DNA of 64,000 nt from an uncultured Verrucomicrobiae bacterium (GTDB taxonomy: Bacteria; Verrucomicrobiota; Verrucomicrobiia; Limisphaerales; Palsa-1400). A program made the translations under genes and the position numbers. The notes beneath the pieces are model-generated. The model was not told where the DNA came from. It searched no databases and was given only the letters and a program-made list of their open reading frames with translations. The DNA lies in contig CAVPOM010000012.1 of the NCBI GenBank assembly GCA_963707025.1, positions 96,001 to 160,000 on the forward strand, read 5' to 3'. Below are positions 1-8,596 of the stretch, one piece after another (within the stretch, counting starts at the first letter, position 1; every line of letters begins with the position of its first letter).

Positions 1-335
1 GCGCTCCGAAAGGTAGTTCCCTTTGGTAGCAAATGCAAATCTTCCCAATATTTCCCAGGATTGGATTTGAACATCGCGACCGTTATACTACTGTGGAAAA
101 TGGATTGAGAATCATACTCAGGCGTAGCCTTGGTCGCCGCCAATGTGAGCTCAACGCCATTCAGCAGCGTATCTTGCCTTAAGGATAAAATCTCGCCCTT
201 GTGCAATTCACCCCACCATGACGGGTCTGAGGTCACGTCATACGTGCGCATTCCGAATCCGGTAAACATACAACCACTCAACAAAGAGACTAGTATTACC
301 AATAAGCAAACAACGCGCAGATTCTTCATATTCAT
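1..335 (-). CDS. Lipoprotein, putative immunity protein of the upstream RHS toxin (runs off the window start)
   Basis: Not in the ORF track. Manual minus-strand translation from ATG 335 gives MNMKNLRVVCLLVILVSLLSGCMFTG..., a signal peptide with LSGC lipobox; starts 6 nt after the RHS stop. Confidence 0.65.
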   Translation of the reverse strand, partial: MNMKNLRVVCLLVILVSLLSGCMFTGFGMRTYDVTSDPSWWGELHKGEILSLRQDTLLNGVELTLAATKATPEYDSQSIFHSSITVAMFKSNPGKYWEDLHLLPKGTTFRS

Positions 336-341
336 CTTAGC

Positions 342-2501
342 TCAATTGTTGCCGTGAGCTAGATCTAAATTCAGGAGATGCATGGCAATATTGCATCCCT
401 GGCTGTGACAGACCCAAAGGTAGTCATAACCGCTCGTCGGAGCCATCGCATTCTGAATTACGGACTCCAATGATGGCATTGCCTTACCAAGCGCCACATA
501 CGGATTCCAGATCAATCGCTCGCCACCTCGCGTCGGCGGTGGAGCAGGGTTTGGCATGAGAGGAGTGGGATGGCCAAAAAACCCTTCAAAATTGTGATTC
601 CAGATGAAAAAACTGCCTGGGTATACCGCATACACCGTGCCGTAAGTCCTCCAGTACTGATAATCTCCCTGAGAACCAAAGAAACCCTGATTCGGAACGG
701 CATCGTAAGGGCTCCAATACACATCTACGGTAACATTGTTCGCGCAACAAGAAGGGACCAGCGGGGGGGTGTGGGTTTTTGGCGCAACCAGCAAAATGAG
801 GATGTGCTTACCGCACAAGCCTTGCGTAACATTCTCGCTTGCCATTCTCGTGGCTTCGCCATCTAATAGTGATTGCGACCATGGCAGGGCAATGCAGATT
901 GCGGTTGGGTCTACTCCAGGCCAATAATGCGGCCCCCATCCGGCACGGCTTCTCAAACTTGTCGCGGGATGCTCATTCACATGAGCCAATTTTCGAATTG
1001 CAACATCCACATAATCTCCGTAAGTATTCGGCGCATATGGATCTGAGTTCCAATTTTCTATTCCAGAGAAGGTCCAGAGCGCAGTAAAGCCACGGCCGTC
1101 AATGGCTATCGTCGCTGCATTGTCGACAAAACCGTATATATTCAGACCACCTTGTTCACCGACCGGGTCCCGGCTCAACCATCTTCCGGTGGAGGGGTTG
1201 TAATATCTGCAACCGTAATAATAAAATCCGGATTCCGAATCGCGATATTTGGTTGAGAATAGGAATGGATTGTTCAGCGCCATCGGGCCTGTGGCGCGAA
1301 TGAGTTCGCCAAAGGCCCCGTACTCATATTGCGCCGCGATGCTTCCGTTCCCTGCATTCACCGACGCCGTGACGTTGCCGTTCCCGTCATAACAATAGAA
1401 ATACGTCCCCGCATTCGCCCCGCCATAAACCCTCATCGAAAGCAATCCTCCTACTCCGCCTGCCCCTTGCGGCGAACCGCTCAGGTCCAGCCCCCATACG
1501 AACGAATAGAGCAGGTTGTCCCCGCCGTCCAATATCGCCACCACATTCCAGCCGTCATAAACAAATCTGTTTGTGTAAGAATAAACCCACCCGCTTCCAT
1601 TGTTGGTCGAGACAATCTTCTGGATACGCCGGCCCATGTAATCATACGTGAAATTCAGTTCGAGCAAGGACGCGACCGGGCCGCTCAGGCTGGTCATGTT
1701 GGTCAGCCGGTTCTCGGCGTCCCAGCCATAGCTCCAGCGGCCGTCGGACAGCAGGTTGCCATCCGCGTCGTAACTGTAGCTTTCCGGCGTCTGCGGCACG
1801 AAAACATGGCCGATGTTGGTCGTGCCATATTCGGCGTTGGTCCCATACCCATTGGTCAACGCCGCCAAGGTCGTCACCGTTTGATAAACCGCGCCGGGGC
1901 CGTTGGTGATGGGCAGTTGCAGCCAGAAGTAATTGGTTTTTCGGTAGGTCGGGGTTTGGTCCACCCACACCGCTGCCGTATTGGTTGCGCTGCCGATCAC
2001 GTCCACCGCTCCCGGCACCGTGCGGCCCGTGTATTCGTTCAAATTGTTGGCAGTGTAGCCGGCCAGGCGCTGGTTGGCCCCGTTTTGATCGCCCCCGGCG
2101 AGCGTCATCCGCCGGTTGCCGATGGTGTCGAAGCCGTACCCAAACTGCTGCCCCGCCACCACCGAGTTGTCTCCCCACCGCTTCACCGCGTTGGTCACCT
2201 GGCCCAGCGAATCATACCCATACGTCCAATACGTATTGTCCACCGCCGTCACCGCCGTCCGCTGGTTGGCCGCGTTGTATTGATACTGATAATTCACCAC
2301 GGACATCCCGGAGGCCGCCGAGGAAATCGCCGTCAACCGGTTCAAATAATCGTAACTGTTGCTCGTCGTCATCACCGTCGTGGCGTTGCTCGCAAACGTA
2401 ATGTGGTCCACCAAAGGCGAATTGGCAAGATACGAATACGTGGCAGAATTGGTCCCGTCCGAGACGGTGGAAAGGCGACGGTTGATCGGAATCGTGTTCA
2501 T
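342..2501 (-). pseudogene. 5'-truncated RHS/YD-repeat toxin: core plus C-terminal toxin domain
   Basis: YD repeats (YDYLNRL, YDSLGQ, YDADGNL), RHS core YYYGCRYYNPSTGRWLSRDPVG and a DGRG boundary followed by a ~250 aa variable tip. The N-terminus is cut off at the 23-bp repeat at 2506. Confidence 0.88.
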
Positions 2502-2532
2502 GCAGGTGTCAGTCCTTACTATTGACACAAGG

Positions 2533-3465
2533 TTATTTGGAGGGCTCTTTTTCATGCAACAAGTTGGACACGTAGGTCCAACGGCCCATGTGCAACCGCC
2601 GCGCAATCCATTGCAAGGTCCTGGTTGTTTCCTGACGCAAGCGTCGCGCCAGCTTCACCTTCTCTTTATCACCTTTGGGCCGCCCGGACAATTCCAGTTC
2701 TTTCCAACCCAGCTCCTGCAATCCTGCTCTCACGATCCTTTGCGCTTTTTCCTCGTCCCTTTCCTGCCGGTCGGCGCTGTAATGGCTCGGCCCCGCTCGC
2801 ACCCCGGCGCTCTGCCGCAGTTCCCGCCGAAATTCCTCGTCGCCCAGACACCAACCACGCCGGATGGGGCCGTAGTCCGCCTCGGCCTCCTCCCTTCCCC
2901 GTTGCTCCATCAACCGCCCAAACTCTCTCCGCCCTGCCAGGCTGTCCCGCGGTATCCTTTTCTCCCCAAGCAATCGGTCCACCCGCAACCAGGACGGACG
3001 TTGACGGGCAGGCCTCACATAGTCTGCGTAACTGCTCCAGCGAAAACCTTCCAGGGCCGCCCCGGCCTTGATCAACCCGGCCCGCCTTGGATTCAAATGC
3101 ACGTAGTCGCAAACCGCCGCCAAATAGCCCTTGCCGCTGCCGTCCACGATCAAAGCCTTGTAGCGCCCCCCAAAAAAGTGCCCGCAGACTTTATGGCGAA
3201 TGTTGAAACGCTTGGTGTAAACTCCCAGCAGCCATTTCATTCCCACCACCAGGTTGGGCTCTGGCGTCTCCATCACCAGATGAAAATGGTTGCGCATCAG
3301 ACAATAGGCATGAACCTGCCAGCCCGTCTTTTGACAGACCTCGCCCAGGGCGGCGAGAAATCGTTCCCGATCTTTCTCATCCCGAAAAATATCCTCCCGC
3401 CGATCCCCGCGATTCATCACATGATAAATCGCTCCAGCGTATTCCATGCGCAGAGGTCGTGGCAT
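2533..3465 (-). CDS. HUH Y1 transposase, REP-associated tyrosine transposase (RAYT)-like, with C-terminal helical/HTH extension
   Basis: MPRPLR..YHVMNRG start, HUH motif LMRNHFHL, GRYKALIVD, catalytic Tyr in DYVHLNP, RWSSY. Confidence 0.9.
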   Translation of the reverse strand: MPRPLRMEYAGAIYHVMNRGDRREDIFRDEKDRERFLAALGEVCQKTGWQVHAYCLMRNHFHLVMETPEPNLVVGMKWLLGVYTKRFNIRHKVCGHFFGGRYKALIVDGSGKGYLAAVCDYVHLNPRRAGLIKAGAALEGFRWSSYADYVRPARQRPSWLRVDRLLGEKRIPRDSLAGRREFGRLMEQRGREEAEADYGPIRRGWCLGDEEFRRELRQSAGVRAGPSHYSADRQERDEEKAQRIVRAGLQELGWKELELSGRPKGDKEKVKLARRLRQETTRTLQWIARRLHMGRWTYVSNLLHEKEPSK

Positions 3466-3471
3466 GACGGC

Positions 3472-3499
3472 ATCCTACCACAGCCCGCGCTAGTGTCAA
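3472..3499 (-). promoter_or_regulatory. Sigma70-like promoter of the RAYT with its -35 inside the terminal repeat; probably leaderless
   Basis: TTGACA (3499-3494), 16 nt, TAGGAT (3477-3472), 6 nt, ATG 3465. Confidence 0.55.
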
Positions 3500-3518
3500 T
3501 AGTTAGGACTGACACCGG

Positions 3519-3634
3519 TATATTTGCATTATTGTGTCCATTCATTCGTGCTTTTTCTCTCTTGAGGGTTGGTGCTCAAAGTGTTCCGGGTTGCAAGTGC
3601 AAAAACGCGCAAATATATGGTTTGACCCCTTTGA
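3519..3634. mobile_element. Partial copy of the 133-bp MITE-like element (first 17 nt missing)
   Basis: Near-identical to 5936-6051; ends in GCAAATATATGGTTTGACCCCTTTGA. Confidence 0.8.
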
Positions 3635-4003
3635 CGATCAAAGCCTTGTAGCGCCCCCCAAAAAGGTGCCCGCAGACTTTATGGCGAATGTTGAAACGCT
3701 TGGTGTAAACTCCCAGCAGCCATTTCATTCCCACCACCAGGTTGGGCTCTGGCGTCTCCATCACCAGATGAAAATGGTTGCGCATCAGACAATAGGCATG
3801 AACCTGCCAGCCCGTCTTTTGACAGACCTCGCCCAGGGCGGCGAGAAATCGTTCCCGATCTTTCTCATCCCGAAAAATATCCTCCCGCCGATCCCCGCGA
3901 TTCATCACATGATAAATCGCTCCAGCGTATTCCATGCGCAGAGGTCGTGGCATGACGGCATCCTACCACAGCCCGCGCTAGTGTCAATAGTTAGGACTGA
4001 CAC
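3635..4003 (-). pseudogene. N-terminal half of a second RAYT copy plus its terminal repeat
   Basis: Near-identical to ~3147-3515 (GHLFGG vs GHFFGG); truncated after KALIV by the MITE; repeat at 3981-4003. Confidence 0.9.
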
Positions 4004-4200
4004 CGCCACACCGGCACACATGACCGAGGGGAATCGTTCAACGGCTGGCCGATATGGGCGGTGCCCGCTTCGTTCGGCGAAGAGGTGGCTTCCACGCCAT
4101 TGAGTCCTGAAATTGTGCGCGAAGGTGAGGAAAGAGCGCGGGAATTGAGGTTGTACGCGGCCCGTCTCGAAGTGCTGGATGGCCGTAATTTGGACAGAAT

Positions 4201-5487
4201 CTATGGCGATTGATTCGGGGTTAATCGGGCCGCGAAATGCCCGGCGAAATACCAATTTTTGGCGGTTCGCGCCAGATGTTCGTGGCCATGCGAGGTACTG
4301 ATGCTGAGGGATTTGATCTGCTTCGTCGTGGCGTCCATCTCGGCGACAGCAATTTGCATTCCCTCTCCCTTTGGCCACCAGTTGAAAAAGTAGCGGGCAA
4401 AGTAATTTGTCCCGAATTTCTGCGGTGGAACAATCTCGGGAACTTTCCTTAACTCGGGCACAAATTGGGTCCAGCCAACGCTATTGACGGTCTTTGTGAC
4501 GACGGCCAAAGCTTCGTTGGCAGACATTGTGACTGGCCCAAAGAACTGCTCTGGAGGTTTGTCCCCCGGCGCTTCATTCGGGGCGGACCACCGTACCGCG
4601 TCATGCGCGTCGAATTCAGTGACGCGACCGTGGCTGTAAACAAAGCGATCACCCGTCTTGAGATAGAAAAACGCTTTCGGATCGCCCTCAATAAGGCCGC
4701 AAACGTAACTTTGAGCAACCACGTCATTCGTTGTAAGTGGTAACTGGACGTTAAGGCCAGCCTTCGTTACAAAATCAGACGCTTGTGGCAGGATGGCCTC
4801 GAGGAATGCAAGTGCATAAGCGGGGCTTACCGGCTCTAGCTTGGTGCCACCCACGGGTTGCGACTTGGGAGCCAATTCAACGATAGGGGGACGAACCGCG
4901 AGCTTGGGATCGGGGCGGCGGGCGCTCCGGGTTTGTATCCCCAACATAAGAATTTGGCCGGTGGTTGCGTCAACCTCAACAGCCGTTCGTTCGCGTGAGA
5001 ATCCTCCGGGCACGGTTGGCGCACCGGGGTCAAGCCACTCCACCAGATACCGAGCAACCTGCTTTCCCTCGCTACGCGGTGGGGGCGTTATCTTTGCTGG
5101 ATGGTCGAGATGCAATTCTGCGTCGGCATAGCCAAGCCTCCTGAGTGCCAGGTGCGCGATCTTTTCCGCCTGTTCCTTTTTGATTTTCACTTCGCCGTAG
5201 AATTCCCGAATGCGCTCGGGTTCTTGAAGCGAATAATAACTCGAGGGAGACCGATACAGAACGACAGCGCCTTGGTCGAAAGTGAATGAATAATCATTCG
5301 TCAGGATTACACGCCCGCCAACGTGATCCGATCTTGGTGAGCAACCAAAGCTTCCAACTTGGGAAATTGTAACTGGGTGTCCCGTCGGTAAATCCAGCGT
5401 TTTGGCGAAATCGGATATATGCGGGAGAATGGCGGCCAAAACCGCGTTGGAATAGGCCGCCGTGACTTGGAGAATTTCAAAGGGCAT
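4201..5487 (-). CDS. Hypothetical protein with an internal two-domain duplication (possible 3' frameshift near 4290)
   Basis: AYSNAVLAAILPHISDFAKTLDL recurs as AYALAFLEAILPQASDFVTKAGL, and VARYLVEW recurs as FARYFFNW. Confidence 0.7.
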   Translation of the reverse strand: MPFEILQVTAAYSNAVLAAILPHISDFAKTLDLPTGHPVTISQVGSFGCSPRSDHVGGRVILTNDYSFTFDQGAVVLYRSPSSYYSLQEPERIREFYGEVKIKKEQAEKIAHLALRRLGYADAELHLDHPAKITPPPRSEGKQVARYLVEWLDPGAPTVPGGFSRERTAVEVDATTGQILMLGIQTRSARRPDPKLAVRPPIVELAPKSQPVGGTKLEPVSPAYALAFLEAILPQASDFVTKAGLNVQLPLTTNDVVAQSYVCGLIEGDPKAFFYLKTGDRFVYSHGRVTEFDAHDAVRWSAPNEAPGDKPPEQFFGPVTMSANEALAVVTKTVNSVGWTQFVPELRKVPEIVPPQKFGTNYFARYFFNWWPKGEGMQIAVAEMDATTKQIKSLSISTSHGHEHLARTAKNWYFAGHFAARLTPNQSP

Positions 5488-5549
5488 AAAAATCAGGTGG
5501 GTCGCTAAATGCGCTGATAAACTCCGCGCGTTTGCCCACTTGGCACGGT

Positions 5550-5850
5550 TTACGGCCAATTGCCTCGGTAGTTATACTGATCAATGTGAAGATATGGGTA
5601 TCCGTACAGCTTCAACGCTGCACCGGGCTGCGAGGACATACTCCACCCGCTAATTAAGGGCAAGTCAAGCATCGCCTGAGCCATTGCAGAAGATACATCC
5701 CAGCCCATAGCGTTACTGTCCCAATAAAACAGGAAATTGTAGTAGAGATACGGAACTTGCCACGGAATCGTACCGTCGAATACTTCACCGTTCATTGTCA
5801 CCTGGCCTTCATTGGCAAAATAACTCTTCCCGTGGTTTCCCACAGTGCAG
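5550..5850 (-). pseudogene. 3' fragment of an unknown gene, cut at the RAYT repeat
   Basis: Open frame ...YGYPYLHIDQYNYRGNWP stop, beginning directly at the 23-bp repeat with no start of its own. Confidence 0.55.
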
Positions 5851-5917
5851 GTGTCAGTCCTAACTATTGACACAAGGTTATTTGGAGGGCTCTTTTTCAT
5901 GCAACAAGTTGGACACG
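5851..5917 (-). mobile_element. RAYT terminal repeat plus the last ~13 codons of the transposase
   Basis: GTGTCAGTCCTAACTATTGACAC-AAGGTTATTTGGAGGG...GGACACG matches 2506-2572. Confidence 0.85.
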
Positions 5918-5918
5918 A

Positions 5919-6051
5919 TCAAAGGGGTCAAACCATATATTTGCATTATTGTGTTCATTCATTCGTGCTTTTTCTCTCTTGAAGGTTGGTGCTCAAAGTG
6001 TTCCGGGTTGCAAGTGCAAAAACGCGCAAATATATGGTTTGACCCCTTTGA
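5919..6051. mobile_element. 133-bp non-coding MITE/REPIN-like element with 26-bp perfect terminal inverted repeats
   Basis: TCAAAGGGGTCAAACCATATATTTGC (5919-5944) and its reverse complement (6026-6051), followed by degenerate end echoes (TTTGACTCCCTTCGAC). Confidence 0.8.
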
Positions 6052-6068
6052 CTTTGACTCCCTTCGAC

Positions 6069-7337
6069 TCACGCCTTCCAGGCGGCCAGGGCGGCGCGGT
6101 AAATCTCAGCCAGGGGCAGGTTCTTTTCCGCGGCCAGTTTTTTGCAGGACTCAAATTCCGGCGCGACCTGCGCCACGCCGCCATCCAGAAATCCCAGTTT
6201 CACCGTCACTTCGCCGTGGGGCGTGCGCACGACGCGAAATTCCCGGCGCAGCTTGCGGCGCTCCGCCTGGCTGCGGCGCACGCCAAAGGCGCTGGTGTGG
6301 CGCAGGATCATCTCGCTGAATTTGTCCGCCTCGCCCTCCGCGCACAGGACGCTGAGCAGCACGCCGGGGCGGTTTTTTTTCATTTGGATCGGGGCGTGGA
6401 AAACATCCAGGGCGCCGGCCGCCAGCGCCGCCTCCATGAAAGCGCCCAGGATCTCCGGGCTGGCGTCGTCCAGGTTGGTTTCCAAAACGGCGATGGTATC
6501 GCTCTCCCAATCCTGCGCGCCGGCTCCGGCGCTCTGGCCCAGGATGGCGCGCAGGACGTTGGGGCGGGTCTGGTTTTCGCGCGAGCCTGCGCCCAGGCCG
6601 ATCCTTTCCGCCGCCAGCCCCCGCATCGGTCCGAATTCCACGGCAAATTCCGCCAGCAGCGCCGCGCCGGTGGGGGTGATCAATTCATGCGGTTCGGCGC
6701 ACTGGGTCAGAGGGATGCGGCGCGCCGCCAGGATTTCCAGCGTAGCCGGCGCCGGAATGGGCAAACGCCCGTGCGCGCAATCAATCCAGCCCGTGCCCTC
6801 CACGGCCTCCCCGGCCAGGACGCGCGGCCGGCCCAGGATGTCCAGGGCCGCGCAGCCGCCCACGATGTCCACGATGGAATCCACCGCGCCGACCTCGTGG
6901 AAATGGACTTCGCCGGGGGGCAGCCCGTGGATTTTCCCTTCGGCCACAGCCACGCGCTGGAAAACGGCGAGGGCTTTTTGCTTGACCCACCCGGAAAGGC
7001 CGCTGGCCGAAATCAACTCCCGGATTCCGGAATACTTTCGGCTGGGTTCCTCTCCGTGTTCGTGGGCGTGTTCGTGCCCATGTTCGTGCCCATGCTCGTG
7101 CTCGTGCTCGTGGCCATGCTCGTGCCCATGCTCGTGGCCATGCCCGAGATGAACCTCAAATTTCACCCCGTCCATCTGGCCGCGCCTGGCCCGATGGGCA
7201 TGCAGGTGGTAGCCGCCCAGGGAAAGTTTGGCCAGTTCCTCTTCCACCTGGCGCAGTTCCACGCCCAAATCCAGCATGGCCCCCAGGAACATGTCGCCGC
7301 TGATCCCGCTGAAAATATCCAGATAGAGTGTTTTCAA
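6069..7337 (-). CDS. larC: Nickel pincer cofactor biosynthesis protein LarC
   Basis: [46 protein letters not shown], His-rich (HEHG)n tract. Confidence 0.95.
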   Translation of the reverse strand: MKTLYLDIFSGISGDMFLGAMLDLGVELRQVEEELAKLSLGGYHLHAHRARRGQMDGVKFEVHLGHGHEHGHEHGHEHEHEHGHEHGHEHAHEHGEEPSRKYSGIRELISASGLSGWVKQKALAVFQRVAVAEGKIHGLPPGEVHFHEVGAVDSIVDIVGGCAALDILGRPRVLAGEAVEGTGWIDCAHGRLPIPAPATLEILAARRIPLTQCAEPHELITPTGAALLAEFAVEFGPMRGLAAERIGLGAGSRENQTRPNVLRAILGQSAGAGAQDWESDTIAVLETNLDDASPEILGAFMEAALAAGALDVFHAPIQMKKNRPGVLLSVLCAEGEADKFSEMILRHTSAFGVRRSQAERRKLRREFRVVRTPHGEVTVKLGFLDGGVAQVAPEFESCKKLAAEKNLPLAEIYRAALAAWKA

Positions 7338-8107
7338 TCGTTGCGCCTCCGGGCCGGCCCAGCCAGTTCGTTAATCTGGCTGGCTGCATAACCCGCGCCA
7401 AAACCGTTGTCAATATTCACCACCGTCACGCCGCTGCCGCAACTGTTGAGCATGGCCAGCAAGGCGGCCAGCCCGCCAAAGCTGGCGCCATAGCCGACGC
7501 TGGTGGGCACGGCGATGACAGGCCGGCCGACCAGCCCGGCCACCACGCTGGGCAGCGCCCCTTCCATCCCCGCCACGACCACCAGCACCTGGGCGCGCTG
7601 GATCGCCTCCAGCCGTCCCAGCAACCGGTGCAAGCCCGCCACGCCCACATCATAAATCCTTTCCACCCGGTTGCCCATGATTTCCGCCGTCACCGCCGCC
7701 TCCTCCGCCACCGGAAAATCGCTCGTGCCGGCGCAGAGCACGGCGATCAGGCCCGGCCGCTTGGGGAGCGGATGTTTTTCCAGCGTGACGCACCGCGCCG
7801 CCTCATGGAAGACGGCCCGTTTGAATTTTTTGCGCACCGCCCCCGCCTGTTCGGGGGAGAGGCGCGTGATGAGAATCCGGCGCTCGCGTGCGGCCAGTTG
7901 GCCGGCGATTTGCACCACCTGCCGCGCCGTTTTTCCGGCCCCGTAAATGACTTCGGGGAATCCTTTGCGCAAGGCGCGGTGGGTGTCCACTCGGGCAAAG
8001 CCCAGATCGGCCACGGGCGCGGCCTGGAAAGCCCGCAGGGCGCGCCCGGCGCTGATCTTGCCCGCGCGAAAATCCTGCAAAAGCTGGCTGGCTTCGGCTG
8101 TCGTCAC
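7334..8107 (-). CDS. larB: Nickel pincer cofactor biosynthesis protein LarB
   Basis: [58 protein letters not shown]; probable GTG start. Confidence 0.95.
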   Translation of the reverse strand: MTTAEASQLLQDFRAGKISAGRALRAFQAAPVADLGFARVDTHRALRKGFPEVIYGAGKTARQVVQIAGQLAARERRILITRLSPEQAGAVRKKFKRAVFHEAARCVTLEKHPLPKRPGLIAVLCAGTSDFPVAEEAAVTAEIMGNRVERIYDVGVAGLHRLLGRLEAIQRAQVLVVVAGMEGALPSVVAGLVGRPVIAVPTSVGYGASFGGLAALLAMLNSCGSGVTVVNIDNGFGAGYAASQINELAGPARRRND

Positions 8108-8283
8108 AAGCAAGGAAATTACACCAACCCCCCGCCGGGTCACGCCCGAAAATCAGCCCGCCCCTTGTTCCCCGCTCCGTCTCAAGGGCCCAAACCACAA
8201 CTTTTCACCGTCGGTGGCGCGGCCCAATGGAGAGTTGCCCCGGTCGCGCCCTGCGAAATGTTATGGTTTGATAACTCAATATG

Positions 8284-8402
8284 AGACCTCTGCAAAACGC
8301 GCGTCCACGATTGTAGCGGCGGTCTGTGACCGCCGCAAACCAGCGGAAATAACGGTATGGCGACGGTCATAGACCGCCGCTACAGGCGTTTTGCTGAGGT
8401 CA
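8284..8402. repeat. REPIN-like inverted pair of GTAG-type REPs with an outer stem
   Basis: TGTAGCGGCGGTCTGTGACCGCCG ... CGACGGTCATAGACCGCCGCTACA inside GACCTCTGCAAAACGC / GCGTTTTGCTGAGGTC. Confidence 0.75.
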
Positions 8403-8596
8403 CTATATGGTGGCGTTCATTTGGCGGCGCGGCAATCTGGCCCGGATTTGCTCGAGCATGGACGGCATGAAACGGAGTTTAGCAAACCAGACCGCACGAC
8501 GGCAAGCGCGCGTCCAACGGGGTTGTCCTCCAGGTTGCCATAAAGCTCGCCAACCGGGCTGGGATGGTCTATACCACTGAACGCCAGAGAATTTCC

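Larger units (their letters stand above)
2506..3515 (-). mobile_element. RAYT-type element bounded by 23-bp inverted repeats
   Basis: GTGTCAGTCCTTACTATTGACAC (2506-2528) and GTGTCAATAGTTAGGACTGACAC (3493-3515) are inverted repeats (1 mismatch); each is itself a GTGTCA..TGACAC hairpin. They enclose only the transposase. Confidence 0.8.

Noticed and set aside
2502..2606. N-terminal extension of the RHS ORF (MRGGCT...), and the same peptide at 5850-5900
   Set aside because: Read-through from the RAYT tail and repeat, not RHS sequence.
2506..5873. Four 23-bp repeats as a possible CRISPR array
   Set aside because: Spacing is 0.5-1.9 kb, orientation is mixed, and there are no cas genes.
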